NCBI GenBank assembly: GCA_951406725.2
Contig: OX597818.1
Location: 139,190,001-139,254,000 of the forward strand
DNA length: 64,000 nucleotides
Direction of reading: 5' to 3'
Origin: Octopus vulgaris
Taxonomy: Eukaryota
The translations under genes and the position numbers were made by a program. The notes under the pieces are model-generated. The model saw only the letters and a list, made by a program, of their open reading frames with translations. It did no database searches and had not been told where the DNA came from. Positions 1 to 11,955 of the stretch are shown in pieces (the stretch's first letter is position 1; each line of letters starts with the position of its first letter).

Positions 1-360
1 TACACACACATACTCACACACATACACAAAGCTGGTATTACTGACACAAGAAAGCGGTTTTGGAACAGGATCAACTGCTTGCCAAAAAATTTAGCTCATG
101 TGAGCGCCCCTCTGATGACTTTCCCCTTTACACTTAGCAGGTAATTCGTCTATTTTAGAAGCCATCATCATAGATACCGTTAGTAGTATACGATACGAGG
201 AGAAGGAATACGAACAGAACGTCCGACTCAGTTTGTATGATATGAATTTATTACTGCAAATATTCTTTTATCTTTGCTATCTTTAGCAAATGCTAAAACG
301 TATAAAAAGCCTCAATCATATAAGACCGTTGTAGTTCGCTTGAAGCAGTGTAAGATCGAA

Positions 361-587
361 GAAGGTAAAAAGAGAGAAAATAGAAAGCTTCTGACAACGA
401 AAAGTCCAGTTATGTAGTTTCCGCAAACCCATTCAAATTTGAATGGGTTAACGGATCCTACCTAATTGGACTTTTCTTAGATTGCTCTTTCCTTCTGAAG
501 ATGGGTTTTCGTGCCTGAAATATAAAGATTTTATTAAACTTCCCACATTGCCAGAACTTTTTTTATATTTTCTCTCTTTTTATCTTC
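361..587. repeat. Nested foldback element with degenerate hammerhead-like core
   Basis: Imperfect palindrome 399-476 centred on ATTCAAA|TTTGAAT. Outer arms ~361-398 and ~545-587 (GTAAAAAGAGAGAAAATA vs TATTTTCTCTCTTTTTAT). CTGAAGA at 495-501 followed by GAAA at 517-520. Confidence 0.6.
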
Positions 588-1526
588 ACATTCATATGTT
601 GTAGCGCCGTTGAAAAATGGAACCTTTCTGGGAATTTGAAAGGAAGGTATATTGGAAATAATGTGTGTGAGAATCTTGACGAGATGTTAAAAGATGTCAA
701 AGTCCATGGATTTGAGCCTCATCCCAAGCTGCCGGAAAAATCTCCTCCTGGGTATAATTTCATAGTCAGATTAAATGCATTGTGTATTTATTTACAACCC
801 ACGCTATATTGGTGTCATTCTTAGTAATTGGTTTCAGATTCAAACATGTTTTTATAAATTAAAAGTAGCGGGAAATACACTCGCCTGATCGTCATATCAT
901 TCTCAATGACATACAAAATAAATTAACTCCAGGAGCCAGTATGCAGGAAGTATACCTGCTTCTATCGGTGGCTTGTGACATCCTTGTTGAAACTTTTCTG
1001 AAATTACATCAGACATTAAGGACTTAATCAACCCTAAATTCTAAATTATATACGCAACCGTTCGTTTCATAAACATTAATCGGTTTTTAATCCCTTAATG
1101 AAATCTAACTCCGACAAGTAACAAATATGAACAGTTCAAAATTATATGCAAATAAGTTTACAAATAACTCGCAAATCCTTTAATTCCATACCAAATTCAA
1201 ATTCTTAGCTGCCGTCTCTCTTTGAAAATAAGGATTACTTTTTATTCGACAGAAGTTCAGTGTCTGTAGAAGAATGGTTTTGATAAATTTAATCAGTTCC
1301 ATATTTTATTAATGGTTATTATATCGGCTCTGGAAGATTGAAATGAAAAGTCGATCCTTCCGGGATTAAAACTTTATAAACAAGAGGATGAAATAAAACC
1401 CCTCCTACAGACTCTCAAAATCTTCTCATAATAAATTACCAGACCGTTTCTATAGTGTCTCTGATCTCAAAGGTTTCTCATAATAAAAACTACTAGAGTA
1501 AATTTTTAGAAGAAAGAACGTAAAGC

Positions 1527-1742
1527 ATTGGTTTCAAATTTTGGCACAAGGCCAGCAATTTTACAAGCTGAAGTAAGTTGATTTCAGCGACTCCAGTACT
1601 CGGCTGGTATTATTTTATCGACCATGAAAGGATGAAAGGCGCAGTAGACCTCAACCGAATTTGAATTCAGATCGTTAAGACGAACGAAATGCCGCTAAGC
1701 ATCTTGCTAGGCGTGCTAACAACTCTTCTAGATCGTCGCCTT
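1527..1742 (-). mobile_element. tRNA-derived SINE with Nin/Deu-like central domain (family A), degenerate
   Basis: Reverse complement matches the family A copies at 16847 and 26398 (GCCTTTCATCCTTTC..GGTCGATAAA...TACCAG core). Confidence 0.75.
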
Positions 1743-2114
1743 AGTATATATATTATCTATACATATTAATTAGAGTATTACCTGTTAAATGACGAGTTAT
1801 GGTGTATATTTATGTTTTGCTACAGTGGACAATGTTCATTTAATGTTACATTGGCACAATACTTGTAAGTTTGCTTTTTTCAGATTTCATGGTTCTTATG
1901 TGAAATAATTGAATGAATCTACTGCTTCTATTAATGAAAAATATTCAGGTACAGAGTAATTATATAGTATAATAATATATGAATGTAAGCTCAGCTTTCA
2001 GAATTTTAAAGCTGGTGTGCGGTGCAGAAACAAGTGTTGTGATCCACTATTAAAGACTGATATCTCATCCACGTGTTATAATATTCTCATATATATATAT
2101 ATATATACGTATAT

Positions 2115-2320
2115 ACATGGTCTCCTTTGCCAAACCGTCAAATTATAGAGCCGGGAACACAACAACACCGGTTGTCAAGCTGTGGTGAGGAAAAACACTG
2201 ATACAAAGACATATACACACGTGTATACTCGACGGGCTTCTTTTAGTTTCCGTCTACCGCACCCACCCACGAGGCCTTAGTCGTCCCAAGGCTATGGTAG
2301 AAGATGCTCACCCAAAGTGA
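2115..2320 (-). mobile_element. Degenerate CORE-like SINE (family C) fragment
   Basis: Similar to the full copy at 31828-32238 (ggttgtcaagc, gtttccgtctacc, gctat.g.agaaga). Confidence 0.55.
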
Positions 2321-2699
2321 CATGTAATTATGCATTACCATGGGGTCAGGATCGAAACATGTAGGTTTTTAAGTTTTCTATTCTGTTTTTAAAAAAATTA
2401 TTTGTATTTAAGTCTTGACAACAAACTATGACAAATAAATTAGCAATACATCCTCCATTCTCCATTTTCTTACCTTATTAATTTTATACACACACACACA
2501 CGCACACACACACACACACACATATATATCTATATATATATACATATGTGTGTGTGTATGTGCGTCTATGTGTGTGTGTATTTATATATAGATATATTCA
2601 TGGACATTCATATACATGCGCCTGCATATTCATACGCATAAATATATAAATATACACAAATATACACACATGTATGTATCTAGGCCTGTTATCTGGTAT

Positions 2700-5100
2700 T
2701 TAATGCTTTGTTTCTGTAAATGATAAAAAGTGAAGTGAATGTTGGCATAAAGGGAGGTAATATCCAGTTAGTAGAGGACAGAAATTGATGGGAAAGTTAA
2801 CAGACAATGGATCAAGTTTCTAGCAATTCTGTGTAAAATATGTCTGCATAACTAAAACATTATTGGATCCCAATAGGATACACAAGGAAACCTGGATGTA
2901 TATGCGTGGTAGCTCTGAAAATGGCCTACTAATGCAGATGCAATCTGCATTAGTTGTCCATGAAAAAAAATCTGTTGGAGACTTGTGTGTGTTTATAGGA
3001 GGGGATATTGATTCATATGACTACATGGTGATAAAACTAAAGATAAAACTAAACGTTTTTGATATTAGCAAACTAAATATAAATGACATCAGAGGATGGT
3101 ATCAGTTAGATCACATGAACTGATATGCAGCATTAAATGCAGAAGCAGATATAGATAAATATTGGAGCAAATTCAAAGACATTACAATTGAGACAGCTGA
3201 AAATAGAAAAGGAAGAAAGGAAAGCGTAGTGAGCTATTGGGTATCAGCAGAGATATGCGATATTTTAGATAAACGACGAGAACAGAAAATTAAAAGAAAT
3301 ACCACACAAGATGCTAAAGAGAAGTATAAAACAACTGGACAGAGAAATAAAGACACGTTGCCACTAAGATAACGAAAAATGGGTTGAAGGCCAGGAAAAA
3401 GAAACACACGCAGAATATATCATTGCAAGAAATCATTCAAGTCTCGTATACATAGTTCTCAAGTAACTGTCAGGATATGGAAGCAGGAACAGATTAAGAA
3501 TGGTATGTGGCTAAATACTGAAGAATATGTAAAATATTTCTATGTGCTAAATCAACCTTAGCTTAATGAGATTTTACATGTGATTGATATTTCACGGGTG
3601 ACTGGTTGTTTAAATGATCTTGAGATAAATGTTGGTGTAATTACATTGGGAGAAGTTCGGGATGCTATGAAATTGAAAAATAACATACCTGCTAATATAG
3701 ATATTGGGACTCTATATAAATAGTGACCTCATTAAAAACTGAAGGAAAGCCATAGAGACATTGCTACTTAACTTATATTATATGGCATGATGAAAAATAT
3801 CAGAAAGAAACCCACACTCATCGTAAAACTGCCGAAGAAAGGTCATCTTATTGATTGTTCAAACTGGATGAAAACTTCTGTTTGCAGTAACCAACAATCT
3901 TCTTTCAGGAGTTTGAATTAGATAAGATGAAGGACACTGTGAATATAATCTAAAGCAGTGGTTTTCAACCAGGATTCATAGGGCCTTTTGGGTCCTTGTA
4001 AGATATCATTGTTAAAATTCAATTGTAATAAATTGGTTATACTTTTACAAAACACAAAATATCTTAATATTTTAATGCAATTTCTAATAACGTTTAATTC
4101 TAAAAAATATTATCATATCTTTTAAACATCGCATGGATATGGTCTATCCGAGTAAAATAGGAATCAAAGGGGTCCATATGAAAAAAAGGGTTGAAAAACA
4201 TTGAGTCCAACAATCTGGAATTCATAGAAAGAGATCCTGCACTGATTGCAGCTTTGCATTACTACACACAACTGAAAATAGAATCGAAGGATAATCAACG
4301 GTGGCCATTAATTTTAGAAGGTTTCTATCAGTGTAAACAGAAATGTTTTGAGGAAAATCATCGAAAAATTATTAAACATAATAAATACAATATGTATAAG
4401 TCTTAATTGTTGTGTATGAGTAAACGAAGAAACTATGAAAATGGTTTTAGACAAGTGTCATGTCTTCACTTTTCTGTTGTTGTTGAATTCATAGGGAAGC
4501 ATGAACAATCTCTGAAAGACAGTATGGCAGAAAGTCAACTTGCGTTTTAATACAAAATTAAAAAAGTAAACAAACATGAATTTCTCATACGAAAACTGTA
4601 TAAAGTTTATAGTAAATGATGAAGACGTAGAAAATGCATCCTAATTAGACTACTTGTTACAATATATGCGGATGGAAGAAGTGAAAGACGAGTCAATATC
4701 AGAATTGGAAATGCAAGAGCAGCATTTGCCTGCTTTATAAACATTTAAAAACTCAGTAAAAAACTCAATTATCAGTCTGCAGTTGAATATAATTGTCTAT
4801 TAATTTCTACGTTAGGGAAAACATGGTAACTTAATTAGAAATATAGAGAAAGGTTTGAAGTATCAAAGGTGTTTGAGCAATATCCCGAATGCGGTGTAAC
4901 AGACAGCGAATTCTTGATGTGATACTACCGGGAATAACAGGGCAGAGGAAACTATTAATAGTTGTAATGCTGAGAATAAGAAAGTTAATCTGGTTGGGTC
5001 GTGTATTAAGAGTGAGCAATCGAAGTATGTTCAGTGGAGCGTTACAGTGGAAAATATCATAGAGGAAAATAGGCACTTGGATTACCTAAGCTCAAATGAC
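2700..5100 (+). mobile_element. Heavily decayed RTE-clade LINE (endonuclease-RT remnants)
   Basis: Manual translation gives IVKLPKKGHLIDCSNW (~3820-3868; RTE motif KKGD..C.NWRGI), RVNIRIGNARAAF (~4690-4730) and WLGRVLR (~4990-5012). Many stops and frameshifts; ends are approximate. Confidence 0.7.
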
Positions 5101-5161
5101 GAAAGAAAAAAAAATTGAAACACCCAAAGACGCACAGGATGAACTATAATCTAAGGCTACC

Positions 5162-5548
<387 letters not shown>

Positions 5549-5654
5549 GTGTCTGAGAGACACCACCATGCCGAAATAGCAGTCAAATCCCTGACTCTAT
5601 AAACCACCTTAAATGTTCATATCGCACCACGAGATAAGGCAGAGGGACAAAATA

Positions 5655-6102
5655 GACTAGCAAAAAGGTTTTACTGAATAATTCAAGATCCTGGATTTCC
5701 AGCTTTGCTTCAAATAAGCTCTGCCTTCATCAGCTGAATATATCAGATGGGCACATAAATACAAATATATATATATATATATACAGAACACACGTTATAC
5801 TTACATATACGAACGTCCATACATACATACATATGCACGTATATTCACTGCAGTGTTTATTTTGACCATATCATGCTTATGAGGTAGTTGGCGGGCAATT
5901 TGAACTGGCCTTGTACATACGTGCATATGTATGTATGTATGGACGTTCGTATATGTGAGTATAACGTGTGTTCTGTATATATATATATATATTTGTATTT
6001 ATGTGCCTATCTGATATATTCAGCTGATGAAGACAGAGCTTTTTTGAAGCAAAGCTAGAAATCCAGAATCTTGAATTATTCAGTAATATCTTTTTGCTAG
6101 TC
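5655..6102. mobile_element. Long inverted repeat (arms 5655-5842 and 5917-6102), each arm carrying a hammerhead motif; probably Penelope-derived
   Basis: Arms of ~187 bp are near-identical reverse complements, including internal (TA)n and (TATG)n; spacer ~74 bp. Confidence 0.85.
5681..5739 (-). ncRNA. Minimal type I hammerhead ribozyme motif
   Basis: Minus strand reads AUUCAG-CUGAUGA-aggc...gcug-GAAA-UCCAGG-AUC-UUGAAU. Stem I is 6 bp with one G-U; stem III is quasi-palindromic AUCC(A)GGAU; triplet AUC. Mirror copy on + at 6018-6076. Confidence 0.65.
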
Positions 6103-6539
6103 TTTTGATGTCATGTTGGTAGAGTATGGAGGACTGTTTTTTGTCGACATAATTGAAACATCCCCTGTACTAAATCGGAAATATACGTAGTAGATATCAT
6201 ACCCCCATACCCACAGTTTACACAGGTAGAGTAGAATAGTTAGTGGATTGTTATGTAGATGTATGTATGTATGTATGTGTGTGTGGGTGTATGTATATAC
6301 ATATATATATATAGATAGATGTATGTGTGTATGTGTATGTATATGTATATACATACACCCACGCAAATGAAGACCGAAACACATGACCATATATACACAC
6401 ACACACTTTATTTCACAACGGACACATATGGAGACACACGTCCATACATATGGAGATGCACATCCATACATACAAACACGGTACATAGTTGCAAAGCACA
6501 CACACACACTCAGACATGCACACAGAAGCAATTCGGCAA

Positions 6540-6672
6540 AAGAGACTAATAGAATAAGTACTAAGCTTACAAAGAAAAAATCCTGGGGTCGATTTCTTCG
6601 ACTAAAAATCTCTTTAAAGCGGTACTCCAGCATTGCCGCAGTCAAATGACTGAAATGCGTAAAAGAATAAAA
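6540..6672 (+). mobile_element. Family C SINE 3' fragment
   Basis: tagaataagtact...gggtcgattt...ctccagcat.gccgcagtcaaatgactgaaa...taaaagaataaaag is the reverse complement of the end seen at 9850 and 31828. Confidence 0.7.
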
Positions 6673-6673
6673 G

Positions 6674-6928
6674 GGATCTTTTCAATCTCAGCCACAGATT
6701 TTTTAATAATTTTTTTTTTAACTAAACAGTTTGAAACTTCCGATATTGGTTGAAATTACCCAAATTCGACAACTTTAACACGAAATAACTTCTAAAATAC
6801 AAAATTTTGTCAAAAACGTTGAGAGTAAACCGTGTTCTTCATGAGGCATTCAACCAGTATCCGAAGTTTCAAAGTATTTAGTTTTAAAAAATTAATTAAA
6901 AAATCTGTGACTGTGATTGAAAAAATCC
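6674..6928. mobile_element. MITE-like foldback element with ~80 bp imperfect TIRs
   Basis: GGATCTTTTCAATCTCAGCCACAGATTTTTTAAT...TTTGAAACTTCCGATATTGGTTGAA pairs with TTCAACCAGTATCCGAAGTTTCAAA...ATTAAAAAATCTGTGACTGTGATTGAAAAAATCC. Confidence 0.75.
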
Positions 6929-7381
6929 AATAAAAGCATATATATCTATATATATACGTATGAATGTATGTATGTATGTATGTATGTAAGTACGTATGTA
7001 TGTATGCATGTATGTATTAGAATATGAAGGTGCTGAAAACAACGTAGAGTTAGAAATAATGTTGAAAAACTATGAACGGTTCAGATGTTCGTATGATTTA
7101 TTGTTGTTGTTGTTGTAGTCGTTGTTGATGTTCTAGATGGTAATTTGTTATGCTTAGAAATATATATTTTGTGGTTTTAATACATTTACTGTTGTTATTA
7201 TTGTCGTGATTGTTGTTGTTGTTGTCCAGGCCATATTTTTTTTAAACTACACCTACTTTTGTGGCAATCGTTACACATATATCTCGCACCGCTCACACAA
7301 ATACACACACGTACACACATACACACATAAAGAAATTAATATATCTTGTAGTGCAAGCACAGAAATAAATAAATAAATATA

Positions 7382-7420
<39 letters not shown>

Positions 7421-8363
7421 CATACGTATATTACATATGTACGCACACACACGCAGATGTATGTATATACATCATGTTGTATGTTTATTCATAAATCGAC
7501 TTGTCGTGGCAGTAATGAAAATGATTGAAATTAAACAAAGTAAAAACAAACAAACAATTAAGCTACATAACTCAACATAATATCAAAATAGTAAAAAAAA
7601 AAAAAAAAAAGAAAAATGGAGAAAAAAAAAAAGCATGAAAAAAATAAAGTACAAAATCTCAGTTAATTAAATCTTTAATAAAAAGATTTAAATAGTCTGC
7701 AACAGAAATTCTCAATTTGAACTTGTGCCTTCATTAAGTTATAATTTAATTAATATCGAGATATATTTCTAAAGTTATTGGCAATAGCATGCATGGCTAC
7801 GTCCACCGTAATCTTGATCTACGTCCTCAACATTGTATGAATATAGTTTTATGTATATTTTAGCTTCACGTGTTTATATGATTTTTTTTCTTCTTTTTCC
7901 TATTTGCAGAAACTAAATATGAGTAAATATTAAGTAGATGTACTCATATAAAGATATGATTTTTTTTTGTTTATAATTATAATTAAATACATTGAATCGT
8001 TGACCGTGGACACAGTGAATACTTATATATGAAGAGTGTAAAATATATTGGCAGTAAGTTCGAGATTTCGGATGTATATAAGTATATATTAACATTTAGT
8101 TTATGTCGACTTACCATAAAAGCAATTTTACATTAAAACGAAGAATTTCTCAATAATATCTGTAGAGTACATATTTATTGTATCTTTATCAACAGAGTGG
8201 TGACAGTGACTTCGAAATTTACACTTGCTAGCATTCATTGGCCAAAATTTCAAAGTCACAGTTGCCATTCTTTCTGTCTGTCTGTCTGTCTGTCGCTCTC
8301 TCTCTCTCCCTCTTTCTTCCTCTCCCTCTCCCTCCATCTCTCTCCCCTTCTCTGTCTCTCTCT

Positions 8364-8400
<37 letters not shown>

Positions 8401-8540
8401 TATAAAAATTATATATAAAAAGGGACAAGAACGTGAAATACACAAAGAGAAATACACAAAAATACACAAAAAACGGACGGGTCATTCGAAGCCTTTAATC
8501 TTCAGTCTGGAACCGGATCATCATAGCAAATTTCGGCTGA

Positions 8541-8610
<70 letters not shown>

Positions 8611-8611
<1 letters not shown>

Positions 8612-9064
8612 GAAGGGAAGTAAAAAATTATGCGCACTTTCGCTATAACATATCTCTATAATTGTTTCACTGCTTTCTGCGCATGCGTGCTTATAATTGG
8701 TACTGTCGGTGTCACGTGATCAAAATTTGAGCCTGATCACCCCTCTTTTTCTTTCTGGTTTTACAGTGTAAGCATGGCCTCTCCACTAGCAATGTGCACC
8801 AAAGAAGAACAAAAGGCAGGGATCCGATCTCTGTATTCGGAAGGTGTCAAGTGTTGAAGTTCATCGGAAGATTTTAGCGCAATCGGGAACTACGCTGCCG
8901 CGTAAAAGTGTGTATGAGTGGATCGAGAAGTATAAAAGTGTTCTGACAAGCGTAGCGCACGAAGAAGGTGCAGGATGCCCGTCAACCGCTACAACTGACA
9001 AGAAGATTCAGCAAGCCCGAGAGATGGTATTGGCGAAAGTACGGATAATTTTTGACTCCCCTCG
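8611..9064 (+). mobile_element. Internally deleted mariner element
   Basis: TIRs CGAAGGGAAGTAAAAAATTATGCGCACT and AGTACGGATAATTTTTGACTCCCCTCG flanked by TA. N-terminal transposase HTH remnant EEQKAGIRSLYSEG...VYEWIEKYKSVLTSVAHEEGAGCPST. Confidence 0.85.
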
Positions 9065-9096
<32 letters not shown>

Positions 9097-9849
9097 TGTA
9101 TGTATGTATGTATGTATGTATGTATGTATGTATGTATGTGTGTATGTATGTATGTGTGTGTGTGTGCATGTGTGTGTGTGCGTGTGTGTATTATCTAAAA
9201 CAGTTTGATCTGGCTCCATGCGATTTAAAGTTTCCCAGTCCCTAATAAAAACCCTTCTCTTTCAGCCTTAGACTACCGAATGGAGGAGCACACATACACA
9301 CACACGTACTCACCATTTTGTAAACGAGTACCGACACTCTCATGTGCATGTGGTACGCTCGAACAATTGTGAAGAATTTCTGTACATGAAATCATTGCTT
9401 ACTTTCCTAACCCACGAATAAAGAATATTTATCCACCAAAGCAGCCTTGAGCACTCGTTCAGGAGTAGAAGAATAACCGAAAAACAAAATGCGAAGAGTT
9501 TCAAACAATGTATGCCTATGCAGATGCTACCATTTGGAAAACCAATTTGGTAGTGACCCCGTTTTAGTCCGGTGATTGTGCTAACAGCAGAGGACTAAAG
9601 CATCACTGCTCATTTGGCTATTCAAATCGCAGGATATAATCAGACACAAATTTCATTTATTGCATCCTTGTGAAGATGAGCCTTTGTACCTGAATTATAT
9701 AAAGTTTTTTTTTTCAGTTTTGATCTCTGCATTGTAAGAAGCTTCCCTCATTTCCCTCTCCACAACACACACATACACACACACACACACCACACCACAC
9801 ACACCACACACACAGATACACACATGCATGTATATATATATATATATAT

Positions 9850-10062
9850 TTACTCTTTTTACTCTTTTACTTGTTTCAGTCATTTGACTGCGGCCATGCT
9901 GGAGCACCGCCTTTAATCAAGCAACTCGACCCCAGAACTTATTCTTTTGTAAGCCCAGTACTTATTCTATCGGTCTCTTTTGCCGAACCGCTAAGTGACG
10001 GGGACGTAAACACACCAGCATCGGTTGTCAAGCAATGCTAGGGGACAAACACAGACACACAA

Positions 10063-10070
<8 letters not shown>
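9850..10070 (-). mobile_element. Family C SINE 3' half
   Basis: Near-identical to 31828-32050. Confidence 0.85.
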
Positions 10071-10124
<54 letters not shown>

Positions 10125-10158
10125 TGCGTAAGTTAAGAACAGTGACGAGTGAAAATCC

Positions 10159-10403
10159 TGTGAATATGATTATAAGCTTTTAGCTTACAAGCCTTTCTTG
10201 TATATTGACTACAAAAAATAGACAAATAGGAGGCATGTAAACCTTCGACCTTTAAGAAAAAAAAAATGCAAAAAGGAATTATGCGCGTGGGAATAGAACT
10301 CACACTTGTTATTTTCTTCCGTTGAAGGTTTCTGTGCTCCAATATTAGACTATTTTCTATTGTCAATATACTGTGAAAGCTTCGTAAGCTTATAATTAAC
10401 TTT

Positions 10404-10406
<3 letters not shown>
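10159..10406. repeat. Degenerate foldback element between (TA)n tracts
   Basis: Arms ~10159-10260 and ~10312-10406 share ATTATAAGCTT, GTATATTGAC and AAACCTTC.AC in inverted orientation. Confidence 0.55.
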
Positions 10407-10495
<89 letters not shown>

Positions 10496-10648
10496 GATCT
10501 CCAATTCATCTTGGTGGTTGTGTTACAACACGGAATACTGCGTTATTTACTTTCAGAACATTTCTCATAAGGACTCGTGGTGCACCACGAGTCAACGAGT
10601 CCTACTCTTGTTGCTAATATATATATAAATGCATGTATGTACGTATGA

Positions 10649-10735
<87 letters not shown>

Positions 10736-11164
10736 TACAATATATACAATGTATATATATATACCTTCATACACACATACAGATATTCATGTATATTTAA
10801 TCTGTAAACCGGGGCACAAACTCTTTATCCTGTAATTCTACAATTGTTTCATCTTCTCTTTACCACCAAATATTTGCAGAAATATTATATAATATATATA
10901 CCTTAAATTTATTGCATTATATCATTATTTGCGTTCATATCTAAGAAATTTTCCTTTGTCAATGTTGTTGAAATAATACTGTGGGCAATACAATAAATAA
11001 ATTTAATGTATTTCTTATATAATAATAACATTTCGGCAATTATTTACTAGAAAAGTGAAGATGAAACAATTATAGTATTATAGAATAAAGCGTGTTAGCT
11101 CAATCCACTCGCTTTTGTTTACATATTCTTTACATATGCCCTGAATATTCATGGATTCCCGGAT

Positions 11165-11554
11165 GGATGGATGGAAGCACTCCGTCGGTTACGACGACGA
11201 GGGTTCCGGTTGATCCGAATCAACGGAGCAGCCTGCTCGTGAAATTAACGTGTAAGTGGCTGAGCACTCCACAGACACGTGTACCCTTAACGTAGTTCTC
11301 GGGGATATTCAGCGTGACACAGAGAGTGACAAGGCCGGCCCCTTGAAATACAGGTACAACAGAAACAGGAAGTAAGAGTGAGAGAAAGTTGTGGTGAAAG
11401 AGTACAGCAGGGATCACCACCATCCCCTGCCGGAGACTCGTGGAGCTTTAGGTGTTTTCGCTCAATAAACACTCACAACGCCCGGTCTGGGAATCGAAAC
11501 CGCGATCCTATGACCGCGAGTTCGCTGCCCTAACCACTGGGCCATTGCGCCTCC
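11165..11554 (-). mobile_element. Full-length tRNA-derived SINE (family B) with 15-bp TSD
   Basis: Head GGAGGCGCAATGGCCCAGTGGTTAGG...GGTTTCGATTCCC (A and B boxes); (ATCC)n tail; TSD CATGGATTCCCGGAT at 11150-11164 and 11555-11569. Homologous to 56188 and 60744. Confidence 0.9.
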
Positions 11555-11689
11555 CATGGATTCCCGGATATATCATTATTAATGCGATCGGTTTTCGTTG
11601 CTGGAATTGTAAATTGTAGCCAATACCCGTCGACAAGTTTCATGAAGCAAAACATACAAAGTCCATATCCAAATTGAATTTATAAATAT

Positions 11690-11870
11690 ATGCATCAGTG
11701 GTTAGAGTATTTTGCTCACGATTGTAAGGCCGTTAGTTCGAATTTCGGCGACGCGTTGTATCCTTCAGTAAGACACTATAAATTCATGTTGCTTCAGTCC
11801 TCTCCGCTTGCAAGGACGAGTAGTATCTGCAATCTAAAGGGCCAGTTTTGTCACATACTCTGTCCCACTG
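11690..11870 (+). mobile_element. Degenerate tRNA-derived SINE
   Basis: TCAGTGGTTAGAG...AGTTCGAATT boxes followed by TGTATCCTT.AG.AAGACACT; similar to 54645 and 55250. Confidence 0.55.
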
Positions 11871-11871
11871 A

Positions 11872-11955
11872 AGCCTTCATCAGGTGTATTGCGGAAATTT
11901 CAAACCTGGGTTCTCATTCCTAAGGTATTTTACGATGTTGTTGTTATTATTATTA
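11872..11955 (-). mobile_element. Fragment of the hammerhead-bearing SINE family seen at 61404-61871
   Basis: GCCTTCATCAGGTGT...AAATTTC.AACCTGGGTTCTCATTCCTAAGG.ATTTT.CGATGTTGTTG matches 61538-61610 and retains an intact CTGATGA on the minus strand (11877-11883). Confidence 0.75.

Noticed and set aside
8470-8545. CTGAAGA...GAAT...GTC on the minus strand as a hammerhead
   Set aside because: No convincing stem I or stem II and GAAA is not intact.
9270-9695. Unique-looking sequence with splice-like signals
   Set aside because: No sustained open frame or recognisable motif was found.
10572-10593. Perfect 22-bp palindrome GACTCGTGGTGCACCACGAGTC
   Set aside because: Isolated, no second copy in the window and no supporting context for a function.
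11480-11554. tRNA-like sequence (also ~56500-56576, ~61055-61125, 61750-61825)
   Set aside because: These are SINE heads continuing into SINE bodies, some with TSDs; not called as tRNA genes.
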